64,000 nucleotides of DNA. Source: a candidate division FCPU426 bacterium (GTDB taxonomy: Bacteria; Oederibacteriota; PGYV01; Palsa-1178). This document shows, in pieces, positions 29,484-41,100 of this stretch. The notes beneath the pieces were generated by a model. That model saw only the letters and a list, made by a program, of their open reading frames with translations, was not told the DNA's origin and did not search any database. The stretch spans positions 1,216,001 through 1,280,000 of the forward strand of contig CAWIXE010000002.1 in assembly GCA_963840035.1 (NCBI GenBank). Direction: 5' to 3'. Numbering within the stretch: position 1 is the first letter of the stretch; every line of letters starts with the position of its first letter. Both the position numbers and the translations under genes were made by a program.

Positions 29484-31337
29484 CTATTCCAGCTCAGGAT
29501 GGCTGGATATGTACCTTTTTGCCGCTTCCAGATTTTTTTGAGCCTGTTTTTGCATGCCCAAGATGGCATAACACCTGTAGAGTTTTAGATTTACATCCGC
29601 CGTGACCGGATTAACAGCGGAGTTTTCCTCATATACCCTTATGGCTGCCGGAATATTTCCTTCATCCAGGAAAATGTCCGCCACAAGCATTTTAACAAGA
29701 AGATTATATACCTCCGCGTCCCTGCCCGGCCTGTATGCCGCGCTCAAATACGCAAGGTTCTCTTCCCGTGAATGGCCCTTCATATAATCACGGGCCTGTT
29801 TCAGCAGCCCGTCAAATTGCCTGTACCTTGCCGCGGATTTCGAGCCGGATTTTAAAACCACCAGCAAATACGGGTAGCGCTTGCGCGGTCCTGAAATATC
29901 GCTGTAGAAAATTTTTATCTCCGCCGTGTCGGACGCGTCAACAGTCCTTAAAAACCGTTCTTTCCAGAAAGCATTTACGGTAAAGGCCGTGTATTCCTTA
30001 TTTTCGGCCCCGTTATAAAAACTCTTAAGCCTGATTAAAGTCCTGTCAGGCTGGTCAAGGTCAATATGCTGCAGGTACTCGTACTTATCCCCGTAAACCG
30101 AATTAACATATTTAATGAATGTTTTTTTTACATATGGCCGGGGCGTTATCTTTTCATAGTTAAGCAGGAACAACCCTGTCCAGATGCCGCAGAACATTAT
30201 AAAGAGGCCAAATCCGGCGGCAATAACGGGCTTCTTCATTCCAAATAGCCGCGCAAGGCCCGCGGCCGTTATTATATTTACAGGCAGCAGCGCCTGGACA
30301 AAACGCGACTGCTGGACTCCGTGGGTCAGGACAGGCAGCATGAAAAACAGGAACATTGCAAGGACGGCTTTATTCGCGTTGTCTTTTATGTTCACGGCAA
30401 TATACACGATCCCCGCGGAAAAAAACAGGGTTTCAATCGGGTTTAGGAGCGCGAGCATGGAGAACTGCATTTCCGGATACGCGTTGTTCGCAACAAACAG
30501 GTACCTGATATTCGCCGCATTCAACAGCAGGCTTACAATGGCGTTCGGCGCGCCCGGCTTTTTATCGCTTAAAACCTCGACCATGCGGATGAGCATGTCG
30601 GAGCTTAAGAATATGTAGCACAGGACCGCGATTCCCGAAAACAGGAAAGCCGTGGAAATGTAAAAATATTTCCTTTTCCCCATCCGGTTTTCCCGGTAAC
30701 CGTTGTGGAGTATAACAAGCACAACGGGGATAATAAGAAGGAATGAAAGGTACGTATTAAAGCCGAGCAGGTAAGTTACCGCGGCCGGGATGTAGTACCA
30801 CCCATTTTTCCTGACAGCCATGACAATAAAATAAAGGCAGAATACCGTAAACAGCGGCAGGAGCATATTTGCCTGGTAGCTCCTCGCCGTAAAATAACTC
30901 CAGGACGAGAGGCTTGCGGCAAAAGCAGCCAGTATGCCTGTCTTTTTGTCATAAAGCTCCCCTGCCAGCAGGTACGCGCCGTATATATATATGCCGTTTA
31001 AAACAACCGCGAAAACATGGTAATAACCGATATTTTCCCTTATTGCGGGGGTCAGGAATGATGTCATCTGCGCCAATAATGTGCCGTGCGCGCCAAAGAG
31101 CGCCTGCCAGGAGAAAAAACCCTGCAAGCCCAGGTGCCTTAAGATGCCGTTATAAAGGGAGTACATTTCGTCATTTGTATAATCCGAGGGGAAATCAAGT
31201 ATATTTATGAACCTGGCCGCGAAAAAAAACAGGGTTATTATTACAAGGGCGGCTCCGGCCTTATCAGAATAATTGTAACCCGGCGCATTTGCCGCGTCCC
31301 GTATTTTTTTTGTTAAAACATCCAGCAGGACTTTCAC
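29484..31337 (-). CDS. GT-C fold membrane glycosyltransferase (ArnT/PMT-like) with C-terminal TPR-like region
   Basis: Multi-TM; DYTNDEMYS acidic loop motif; YLLAGELYDKKTGILAAFAASLSSW; SRFVQALLP. Confidence 0.72.
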   Translation of the reverse strand: MKVLLDVLTKKIRDAANAPGYNYSDKAGAALVIITLFFFAARFINILDFPSDYTNDEMYSLYNGILRHLGLQGFFSWQALFGAHGTLLAQMTSFLTPAIRENIGYYHVFAVVLNGIYIYGAYLLAGELYDKKTGILAAFAASLSSWSYFTARSYQANMLLPLFTVFCLYFIVMAVRKNGWYYIPAAVTYLLGFNTYLSFLLIIPVVLVILHNGYRENRMGKRKYFYISTAFLFSGIAVLCYIFLSSDMLIRMVEVLSDKKPGAPNAIVSLLLNAANIRYLFVANNAYPEMQFSMLALLNPIETLFFSAGIVYIAVNIKDNANKAVLAMFLFFMLPVLTHGVQQSRFVQALLPVNIITAAGLARLFGMKKPVIAAGFGLFIMFCGIWTGLFLLNYEKITPRPYVKKTFIKYVNSVYGDKYEYLQHIDLDQPDRTLIRLKSFYNGAENKEYTAFTVNAFWKERFLRTVDASDTAEIKIFYSDISGPRKRYPYLLVVLKSGSKSAARYRQFDGLLKQARDYMKGHSREENLAYLSAAYRPGRDAEVYNLLVKMLVADIFLDEGNIPAAIRVYEENSAVNPVTADVNLKLYRCYAILGMQKQAQKNLEAAKRYISSHPELE

Positions 31338-31493
31338 AAAACCTCCCTGAATTTTCGTCTATAAAACAGGATGTTATTTTACAATTATTCAGGTTTTTTT
31401 GCAACTGACGATTGCCTTGCGTTATTGTAAATAATAGTGTGTAAACTCACTTTGGCCTTTAAATATCTTTGTTTTCATTAGAAACGGCTTTCA

Positions 31494-31580
31494 CCCCTCT
31501 CCTCTTAGGAGAGGGGCAGGGGTGAGGTGAAACCAATTGTCTTATTCCCCTCACCCTACCCTCTCCCAAATGGGAGAGGG
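31494..31580. repeat. Palindromic repeat of the CCCTCACCC..CCCTCTCCC..GGGAGAGGG type
   Basis: CCCCTCTCCTCTTAGGAGAGGGGCAGGGGTGAGG ... CCCCTCACCCTACCCTCTCCCAAATGGGAGAGGG, two inverted hairpin units. Confidence 0.7.
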
Positions 31581-31663
31581 ATAAAAGAACAAATCAATTT
31601 ACACACAATTAATGACAGTATCTTGCCGTGCGGGTACAAGCTCTTTCAGGCGGTCCGCGCCCG

Positions 31664-32080
31664 TCAGTCGATGTATTTTATGAGCTCTGTTTCGTTTATA
31701 TTGTTTTTTCTTGTATATATTATCCTGTCGCACATGGAAAAGATGACCTTTAACCCCACATTGTCCTCATCAAATGCCCCATGCCTGTCTTTTGCAAGGC
31801 GGGCGTATTTCGTAATGTCAAAAGGATGCGATTTGTCTATTATCGTGACTGCAACGCGGGTTAAATACACGGCTGTTATGAGAAGCAGCCTGCCATGACC
31901 GTTCCTGTAACCATGCCTTATTACGTTATCGCAGAATTCGGAAACAGCCGCCTCCAGCGGAAATATCGCCCTTCCGGCGTTTTTAATTCCGGAACGAAAG
32001 GCCGCTTCCCTTACATGCGCCCTGATAAACTCCAGCTTATCATTTTTTGCGGCAACCTCAAGACAATCCACCATTTTCAT
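31664..32080 (-). CDS. RsbW-like anti-sigma factor
   Basis: LEAAVSEFCDNVIRHGY, IIDKSHPFD, VGLKVIFSMCDRI. Confidence 0.8.
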   Translation of the reverse strand: MKMVDCLEVAAKNDKLEFIRAHVREAAFRSGIKNAGRAIFPLEAAVSEFCDNVIRHGYRNGHGRLLLITAVYLTRVAVTIIDKSHPFDITKYARLAKDRHGAFDEDNVGLKVIFSMCDRIIYTRKNNINETELIKYID

Positions 32081-32089
32081 TACCGCCTC

Positions 32090-32449
32090 CTAATGCGCCC
32101 TGAAGCTGTCTACGGCGTCGCTCAATGTGTCATAGGTGTTTATCATGTCGTGCAGCCCCAGCATTTTAAAAGTATTTGAAATATTACCCCGCATATGCGA
32201 GATTTTCATGTCCCCGCCCTTTTTTCTGGCCTTATTGATAAGCGCCAGAAAGACGCCCCATCCCGCCGAACCCACGAAGTTCAGGCCGGCCATGTTCACA
32301 ACTATTTTGTAATACATGTTTTTCAGCAGGCATTCCAGTTTTTCCTCAAAGATATCCGAATTCGTCTGGTCTATGAACCCCTGCGCGTTGAGTATCACAA
32401 TGCTCCCCTTGTGTTCGACTCCGAGTATAAGCGATGTTTCTTCTTTCAC
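32090..32449 (-). CDS. STAS-domain anti-sigma factor antagonist
   Basis: GFIDQTN..IVVNMAGLNFVGSAGWG..GGDMKI; GTG start with GGAGG. Confidence 0.85.
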   Translation of the reverse strand: MKEETSLILGVEHKGSIVILNAQGFIDQTNSDIFEEKLECLLKNMYYKIVVNMAGLNFVGSAGWGVFLALINKARKKGGDMKISHMRGNISNTFKMLGLHDMINTYDTLSDAVDSFRAH

Positions 32450-32461
32450 GCCGTCCCTCCT

Positions 32462-32812
32462 TCAGATGGCCCGTACAGGCTGCTCGACAGCTTCCCTGAC
32501 CGTCCCGTACGAACTGATTACTGTATCCATTGCCATAGCCGCATAATACACAAACACCTCGTCGTTCATTGACGCGAAGCGCAGCTCTCCCCCGTTCGCT
32601 TTTATCCTGCTTTGGACCTCCAGGAATGTTATCCACCCCGATAAATCCATAAACGCCAGGTCCCTCATGTTAATCACAATCTTTTTTGGGGACTTGCTCA
32701 GCGCCTCATCAAGCTTTGCCTTCAGGATTCCGGCGTTTGTATGGTCCATCCAGCCCATGGGATGAAGTATAACCGCGTCGGCTTTTTGATTGTCAAAAAC
32801 AAACAAATCCAT
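32462..32812 (-). CDS. STAS-domain protein
   Basis: GWMDHTNA..IVINMRDLAFMDLSGWI..GGELRF; start moved to ATG 32812. Confidence 0.8.
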   Translation of the reverse strand: MDLFVFDNQKADAVILHPMGWMDHTNAGILKAKLDEALSKSPKKIVINMRDLAFMDLSGWITFLEVQSRIKANGGELRFASMNDEVFVYYAAMAMDTVISSYGTVREAVEQPVRAI

Positions 32813-32965
32813 ATTCCCCCCCGTATGAAATCCAAACACAGGCATGGCTGCCGCCGGGCATAAAAAATCCGCAGGCTTTCTACCGCAAAATCCAAAGGTC
32901 AATATTTGAGTGATAATTTCACTCATACCGCACAAACCCGCTTGCGCTGCCGCCATATATTTCCG

Positions 32966-33388
32966 TTATGCCCCGTGATAGATTATCAGCGATGTTTTAT
33001 TTTTTCCGTTCCCTCTTTCATATATAATCCGGTCGCACACATTCATTATCATGCCTATACCGAGCTTTCCCTTGATGCCCCTTTCCACCAGCACATCCTT
33101 TGACATGGGCACGTATTCGAGCATATTATACGGCACGCCGCTGTCCGTTATTTCAACCTTCATGCCGTTGTGCTCAATGACATATTTAAGCAGGATGCGC
33201 CCCTTTTTTTCCGCGTATCCGTGCCTTATGACATTCTCACAGAACTCATTAATGGCAAGCTCCATCTGTTTTATGTTCTGGCGCGATACTATGACTCCGG
33301 AATCAGCCACCGCCTTGTTAAACGAAGCCCTTATTCCGGCCAGTTCCCCCATATCCGCCTGCGCTTCGGTGAAAAATATTTTTTTCAT
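32966..33388 (-). CDS. RsbW-like anti-sigma factor (paralog of 16037..16477)
   Basis: MELAINEFCENVIRHGY, ITDSG, GIKGKLGI. Confidence 0.85.
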   Translation of the reverse strand: MKKIFFTEAQADMGELAGIRASFNKAVADSGVIVSRQNIKQMELAINEFCENVIRHGYAEKKGRILLKYVIEHNGMKVEITDSGVPYNMLEYVPMSKDVLVERGIKGKLGIGMIMNVCDRIIYERGNGKNKTSLIIYHGA

Positions 33389-35100
33389 TTTACCCCCGCG
33401 CCCTGATCCTCATTAACGCCTATTTTCTGAAGTTCAGTAAGCTCAACCTGGGCCTTTTCAATCGATTTCATCACCCTGATATCATCCGGATCCATTTCTA
33501 TGGCCTGCTTCCAGTAGACTATAGCGTTCTTCAGGTCTCCCGCGGTATACAGTTTCAGTCCGGTATAATAAAGTTTCTTTACCTTCTCCGACTGCCCTCC
33601 GGCCAAACCCGGCCCGCCGGCCGCCAGTTTCATCTGCACTGTGGCTTTTTCCAGATATGTCCTTATGACTTTATTCGACGGTTCGATGCTTAAAGCCATG
33701 CTCAGCGATTCCTTTGCTTTGTCATATTGTTTGTCGACATATAATTCCACGCCCCTGATAAAGTGCGCCTTCGCGGCGCTTTTCATGGACATTTTCGTGT
33801 TCAATTTTTCTATGTAATAATCCACATCCCTGTATCCGCTGTCGAGCGCGTAAACGTTTTTAAAGCCTTCAAGCGAGGATACAATATCGCCCCTGTTATA
33901 CGCCTTCAGCGCCTTCTCATAATGGCCGGAAATGGCCCTTCTGCCGATGAGCTTCTTAAGGGTCAGGGCGTCCGGGTAATCCTTTGACCACGCCAGGGCT
34001 TTATCCGCGTCCTCCAGCGCCTTGTCAAAGCTTCCTTCCTTATACAGCGCGTATGCCCTGTCAATTATTATCTTTGCTTTCGCCGCCTCTTTTTTCCTGA
34101 ATTCGCGCTCAACAAGCTCTTTCACCCTGAATTTTAGCTCCGTCTCCCTTGATTTCTTCTGTTCATCCAGCGTCATTCCAAAGTTATATGAAAGCGTGAA
34201 CCTCGAGAGGCCTCCGGAATACTGGTCCGTGGAATAAGCGTAGTCTAATACCGCGTCCCATAATTTCAGGCCTCCTCCAAATGCCAGCCTGCCATCGTCA
34301 TATCCGGCCCTTAATGCCGCCACGCCATAGATAACGCCTTCAACCCCGCCGCGCAGCATCACTCCGTTTGTAGTCTCGCCCTTTGAACAGTCAAAGGTGA
34401 TATTTAAATTATAATCCGCCAGCGCCAGCTTTAACGCCACGCCCGCGGTATAAGTCTGAGGAAGCTCCTCCCTGCCGCCGGACATCGCGTATACAGGCTT
34501 TAAAATATTACGCACCATAAAACCCGCGCTTAAAAAGCTGAACGGTTCGTATAAGAACCCCAGGTCCGCGCCGAAGGATACCGCGCTTGTTTTCATCAGC
34601 GACATCGTAAACACGTTTATATTTACCCCGAACGCGGTGTTGTATCCCGTCTTTTTCGCGTATGATACTGTGCCTTTATACTCCTCAAACGAGGTGTATC
34701 CTGCCGGGACATCCGAAGAATCATAAACAGGTATATCCCCCGTGTATATCCTGCAGATACCCAGCCCGATTGAACCGAAATCAAATACCGGCTGCGCGTA
34801 TGCCGCCGAATTATAAAGCGTATTTAACCCGAGGGGATAATGCATAAGCGATACCTGCTGCTTTTCAAGATTATTAAGCCCTGCCGGATTATAAAAAGCG
34901 GCCGATGCGTCGCCGCCAAGGGCGGTAAAGGCGCTTCCCATGGCATAAGGCCTGGAACCAAATCCTGCTGTAAAGAGATCATCGGCGCCGTAGGATGATG
35001 AGGCTCCGGCCGGACACACGAACGAGGCTATAAATATAATAACAGCCGCAACCCGCATAAGCCCCGCAATGACATGCGCGCGCTTATCAATGGTTCCCAT
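33385..35100 (-). CDS. PorV/UPF0164-like beta-barrel + TPR protein (copy B)
   Basis: GSRPYAMGSAFTALGGDASAAFYNPAGL; collinear with 18864..20579; start moved to ATG 35100 (GGAGG RBS). Confidence 0.8.
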   Translation of the reverse strand: MGTIDKRAHVIAGLMRVAAVIIFIASFVCPAGASSSYGADDLFTAGFGSRPYAMGSAFTALGGDASAAFYNPAGLNNLEKQQVSLMHYPLGLNTLYNSAAYAQPVFDFGSIGLGICRIYTGDIPVYDSSDVPAGYTSFEEYKGTVSYAKKTGYNTAFGVNINVFTMSLMKTSAVSFGADLGFLYEPFSFLSAGFMVRNILKPVYAMSGGREELPQTYTAGVALKLALADYNLNITFDCSKGETTNGVMLRGGVEGVIYGVAALRAGYDDGRLAFGGGLKLWDAVLDYAYSTDQYSGGLSRFTLSYNFGMTLDEQKKSRETELKFRVKELVEREFRKKEAAKAKIIIDRAYALYKEGSFDKALEDADKALAWSKDYPDALTLKKLIGRRAISGHYEKALKAYNRGDIVSSLEGFKNVYALDSGYRDVDYYIEKLNTKMSMKSAAKAHFIRGVELYVDKQYDKAKESLSMALSIEPSNKVIRTYLEKATVQMKLAAGGPGLAGGQSEKVKKLYYTGLKLYTAGDLKNAIVYWKQAIEMDPDDIRVMKSIEKAQVELTELQKIGVNEDQGAGVK

Positions 35101-35114
35101 TCCGCCCTCCCCGC

Positions 35115-38100
35115 TCATCTTAGCACCGCTATTTTGCGCATTAACCTCTCCGACCTTCCTGTCGCCGCGCTTTTTATGTCTATAACGCATATATAAACCC
35201 CCGACCGGACGCCGGTGTGTCCGCTGTTGAAGCCGTCCCATGTATCCTCGTTGTGCAGCCCGGCGGTTTTTACGGCCCTGTCAGCCAGAATCTTAACCGG
35301 CCTGAAATCAAGCGTGTATATTGCCAGCGTGACCTCAGATGTGTCCTCAAGGTAATATTCCACAACTGTATTTCCCCTGGCCGGGTCGAAAGGATTCGGG
35401 TAATTATGGAAGGATTCTGCCGTCGCCGGCGCAAGCACCGAGACCATCCCAGACTTCATGTTCCCGAAATAATCACCAGCCTGCGCCTGCATATTTGAGT
35501 CCGGCGATGCCGTGATATCGCCCGCGGTTTCCAGTTCCAGGCCGAAGTCATAAAGGCAATCCGCCGAAAGGCCGAGTACAACCGCCAGCGTTTTTTCTGT
35601 TCCTTTCGGGATATTGAGCCCCGCCGGGTCAAGGTATAATTCAGGCGAGTCCGTCGCCGTAAATGTCCCGGCTATCGCAGCGCCGTCCATCAATAAAACA
35701 GAACTGATCACCGACGATGCCGGTATCTTATTTCCCTGCCTTGTCTTTACTGTCAGAGTTATGCCTTTAATCCCTATATCCGCCGTATTATGGTTTGAAA
35801 ATGACAATTCCAGCGCTTTGACCCCTGCCTGTCCCCTGACCGCGGACACAGGCATGCGTGCCGCATGGCAAACTCCGACAAAGTATGTGGCCGCGGTGAC
35901 GCTTGTCAAGTTTGTGTTCATAGGGAAAGCATCGCTGTTAACCGCAGTAATGGTCACATACCCGGCCGGGTTATTATGCGCGGCGATGCACGTGTCCTGC
36001 GATATGCTGAATCTTACGCTTCCGGGCGCCGCGTTATCCGCGACATTCGCGGATAAGTATATGGTCGTTGTTTTCATGGCGCCGACCGGCAAAGGGCTGT
36101 CGAACGCGACATATACCGGCCCGGCTGACGCAAACGCGCTTCCCGTGGCGTAGCCGTATGTTACCAGCCCGGGATAATCCGCGAATTTCAGCCCCTCAAT
36201 TACAGAGGAAGGCGCAAGAGTCACGCCTGCGGCATCCAATACCGTGACTGACACACCATGCATGATAACGTCCGCGGAACCCGTGGCGCACGGATTTGAC
36301 AGAGTAAGACCCATGACCTTTACGTCATCCTGGCCTTTTCCAATCAGCGCCGGTATTAGAGTCCCGTCATGCCACGCGTGCAGGTCCGTAGCAGGGGCGT
36401 CAAATATTCCAATAGCCGCCGTATGCCATGGCATCGCGGGCCCAATTATATTTTTGTCTGTTTCATATCCTGAATTGGCGTCTTTAACCCACACATCACC
36501 GCCGGATTCCAGGTATAGCGCGAAATTCTGCACGGCAGGCGCCGGCAGGATATCAGCAAAAATTGTCACGTATAAGTATCCGGACGGGGAAATAATAACC
36601 GGCGCGATGAAAGGCATCGGCACCCTATTTGAAATGCCGGGGACCACGCTTGAGAGAGTATTTGATGAGCCGTCGACCGCATACAGCCTGTCAAAACATG
36701 ACCCCGCGGAGATATTGGACCCGGCCCCGTTCTTTACCGTAACCGTTATGCCGCTTATAATTTCCCGGGCTGTATTCGCGGCCATAGTGTCGCTGACCTT
36801 AAAAGAATACAGCGCCACCCTTTTCTGCGCTTTTGTAACTGCCGGCTGCGCGTCAGCTATCGCTGTAAAATCACCCAGGTCAGCGGATTGCGCCCTGTTC
36901 TCAAGGACGCTTAAACCCGACATCATCGGGAAATTATCCGGCTGTTTATTTACTACCGGTACAGAATCAAAACTGTTCGCGTCCACGGCGTAAATGTCCG
37001 GCGCTGAAACCAGCGCCGCCTTAAACGCGGGTTTGTTAAACAAGGACGCTGCGTCCACCCTGACCGTCACTGTCACATTGACCGCGGCCGATACTATGAC
37101 CGGCGCCGACAGATTAATGGTTATCTTGTTGCCGGAAAACACGGTTGTCTCCCCGTATGTGACTGACCCGTCCCCGCTTGAAATACGCACCGCTTTTACC
37201 ACGTCCTGCGGCAGCGTATTAGCCCCGAGGTTATCCACGAGATACAGATATAGCCTCGTTATCATGACACTTGCCGTTTTGGTATCCCCCGTGTCCGTGA
37301 ACACAAGCTTCATTACCGGTATGTTCAGCTGGTCCGTGCTTATCCTGGCAGGCATGGCATCCTCATGCGCGACCTTAAGCTGCACGGCGTGTTTTTGTAT
37401 GGCTGCAGCGGAAGACTCCAGCGCGAAGGCGCCCGTCACCGGCACCCGCATGGACCGGGAATTATAATCATACGCCTCCACCGCGTCCGGCGACGACAGA
37501 GCCAGTTTAAAACCGGCCGCGGCTATATTTGTGTTCGTCGACATATCCGCTATCACATAGATGTATTTCACCTCACCCGCGGATACTGTCAGCGGCTGCG
37601 GCAGTTGTATGTTTATGAATTCACTGTCAGGTATCACGGCGGTATCGGCAAAATCATTTATGAAATCTGTAAGCCTGACCCTTGAAAAAGTTTTGGAAGC
37701 GCACAGGGTATTTGACGCGGCATCTTTTACAGTAATGGATATACCCTTTATGATCACCGGCGAATATCCCGGCCCTCCTGCGCCGCTTATGGAAAGCATC
37801 ATGGTCATGACTTCAGGCTGCCCCGTGGAAACCGAAGGTGGCATCAGGTCCGCCAGCGAAACGCTGATTCCCGTATTCCGTTGCTGAAGATTAAAGTTTC
37901 CCGACCCCATGGGAAAAGAATCGCCCGCCCCGGCGCTTACCGCAGCTGTCGCGGAAACGTCCGCTGCTGATGCGGCTTCCACACGGTACGAGGCGGAGAA
38001 AGTCACATCCCGCGCGTCCGCGTAAAGCGCCATGCTTATGGCCGACTGCGGAAGTACCTGCAGCGGCAGCGATGACATGTCCAGGATGATCTGTGGGGCC

Positions 38101-41100
38101 GCCCCTGAAACAGCTTTAACGCATTTAGTGTCGCCCCCATCATCCACTATATACATATTCGAGAATATCTCCCCCGCAGGCGCGCCGCTGCCGGAATTGT
38201 CCTTTGCAGTAACCGTCAGATAACGCACGTATTCGGCAAAAGACCCTATGTTCGTGAATGTCAGGGATAAAAGGCTGAAATTCTGCTGGCTTCCGGATAT
38301 ATCGCCGGGCGCCGCCGCGCTGTGCGTAACATGTATCCCGGGGGTTGAAATTATGGTTGTCGCATCCGAGCGCATAGGAAACAATCCTGTTACTGCGGTA
38401 ACCGGACCCCCGCTGTTTATTTCTGCCGCTGAAATATCCCCATCATCCTCTAAGGACAGCATAAGGTTAAGCCCGGACGCGGCAGGCGCGATATCGGCGT
38501 ACATGGTAACCCCCTTTAAAACGCCGCTTGCAAGGCTGATCGGAGTTGATAATGGTATGAATACCTTATTGCCCGCAGATAATATTGCCGTTTGTGCCCC
38601 GAATACAGTAACTCCGTCCGACACGGTTAGTTTTGATAAAACAGCTGATGGCGCTACCGGCCCTGCCGCTGAATTCATAACGGTAACAGTCAGTCCGCGC
38701 ACTTCGGCGGCTGAATACCCTGCCGGATTGCCGTTAACAGCCTCAAAATATAAGACCGGAACGTCAGCCTGTCCTTTGTTTACCGCAGCGGGCATAAGGT
38801 TTGCGGATGAAGCCGATATAAGATTTGTTTTTTGCTGGATCAGGGCGTAAGACGAACGCATCGGGAAAGAATCCATATAAGCGGTAACAGGCAGTATGTC
38901 ATATGAATTTGAGTCCCTGGCAATTACATTTGACGCGTATTTGATGTCAACCCTGAACCCCGGAGCGGACGGCGAAGCGTCGATATTTCCTTTTATGAAA
39001 ACCTGCTTCGTTGTCCCGGGCGGTATGATTATTGGTATTGTAAGGCCGATGGATGCCGAATCACCGTAATCCGGTGGCGAAACAACATCGCCATAAACGG
39101 CACCTGACGCATCCGTCACATATATCCTTGAGAGTACTGACTCGGGCGTTATGCCGTTGTTTGACGCGTCCTCAACCGTGGCCACTATCCTTGTTATAAA
39201 CATATTTGCGCCGTTTGAACCTCCCGGATTTGTAAAACTTATTGAGAGCAGACCCGCCCCGGATTGCCCGCTGTTATACGCCGGCTGCATGATGTCGGCA
39301 TGGGACATCCTGCATTCCTGCACCCGCTGCTGCACTATGACGCCCGACGTGGTCATCGGGAAAGCGTCCCCGTTCATAGCCGTTGCCGCGATGGTCATGC
39401 CTGAATTAGCGTCAACAAATCTTACGGCAGCAGCGTTCTTGATGTTAATCCTGAAAAATGATGCCTGCAGCGTATCTGTGATATCAAGATTCAGTTTTAA
39501 TACCTGCGAGAGTCCCGGCCCCACTGCCACCGGCGCTGAAAAAGGCACATAAAATGAACCGACAGTATTGGGAACGGCGGTAAAAGACGCGTTGATTCCG
39601 GAGTCGCCCTTTATTGTGATTTTTTTAATTGCTGCCGACGGATTTATGGCTGTATTTGTGTCGTCCTCCACAGTCAATGTCAGCCCTGAGAGGACCACAT
39701 CAGCGCAGTCCGCCGTATTGGGGTTATATGCGGTTAATATTTCCGCGAAGATGTCCGATTGGCCTGTCGATGCGGTTGTGGGTATAACGTCATTGTGGGA
39801 TAATCCGGCCCCGGAGGGCTTTAACTGCACCCGTACAGGAGAACTCCTCATCGGAAAAGTATCCTCAGAATCAGCTTCTACTATCAGGGTATTGGGCATG
39901 GCATCCACCCTTACTGCCGCGCTTATCTCCAGTTTAAAGGCCGAAGTAAATGTGTTATCCTTCAGGTCCGCAATGATATTAAAATTCCCGTATGATGACG
40001 CGGCAATATTCACGTCGTCCGTAAATGTCATGTACACATCCTGCCCTGAATCCGGCACTGCCGTTACAACGCCATTTGTCGTGCCTGCGTCATCGACCGC
40101 ATATAGCGCCGCCAGTACAGCCGAAGGTATTATGCCGTTATTCGCCATATCTTCAGCGGTTAAAGTAAGTCCATGTATGGCAATCGGCCTGTCTGTGGCA
40201 TTCGAAAACTTCAGCCCCATTACAGCCACGGCTTTCTGCCCGTTTGTGGCCGTTTCTGCCATCAGGTCCGAGTGCATGAGCTTGGCCTTATTTGAGGACA
40301 GAAGGTTTATAAGGTTTGACCGCATGTCAGGGAACGTGTCGGGCGCTTTGGCGGTTACAGATACGGCAATCATCTGATTTGAGTCGCACGCGCCGACCTT
40401 ATATCCGTTAGAGAGGCTTATCCTGAACTCGGGAGCCGAGGCAAACGGCGATATATCCGCGGCCACCGTCACTGTCAGGTTCCCCGGGGATGCCGACGGT
40501 GTCACGCGTACCGGATTTGTGAATTTTACGTATACAAACTGCCCGGCCGGCATTGCCGGAACAGAACCATAAATGTTCAGCGGATTTCCCTTTTCGTAAA
40601 CCACCACCTTGGAAAGCGCGGTATTGGCGGCGATTGACCCTGAAGAGTTCTCGGCTGTCAATGTAATGCCGTAAATAACGGCAGATGAAGTCAGGGTGTC
40701 ACCCGGCGCTTCAAATGCCAGGTCGATGAGCTCCGCGCCGACGTCGCCTTTTGACAGGGGCCCCGCGGCGCGCGGAGTATGCGACACGTTCAATGAAAGC
40801 GCGCGCGCCTCGACACGCACGGCCGAACTGTTCATCGGGAAAGAATCAAGTATGGGTGAAACCGGCAGCGCGTTGCCGAGGTTATAGTCCTTCGCGATAA
40901 TCCCCGCGGCTGAAGCCATCTGGGCCCTGAAGTAATTCTTTTTCGGGCTTGCTGAAATGTTAAATTTTACCGACACCGTGACCGGCGCCGAAGAGCTGTA
41001 TCCTATGATTACCGGCGAAACCAAAGCCATATCCAGGACAGAACCGGTTGTCGTGACAGCCGAGGCATAGTAAGCTGCTGATGTGTTGCTAAAATCCTCA

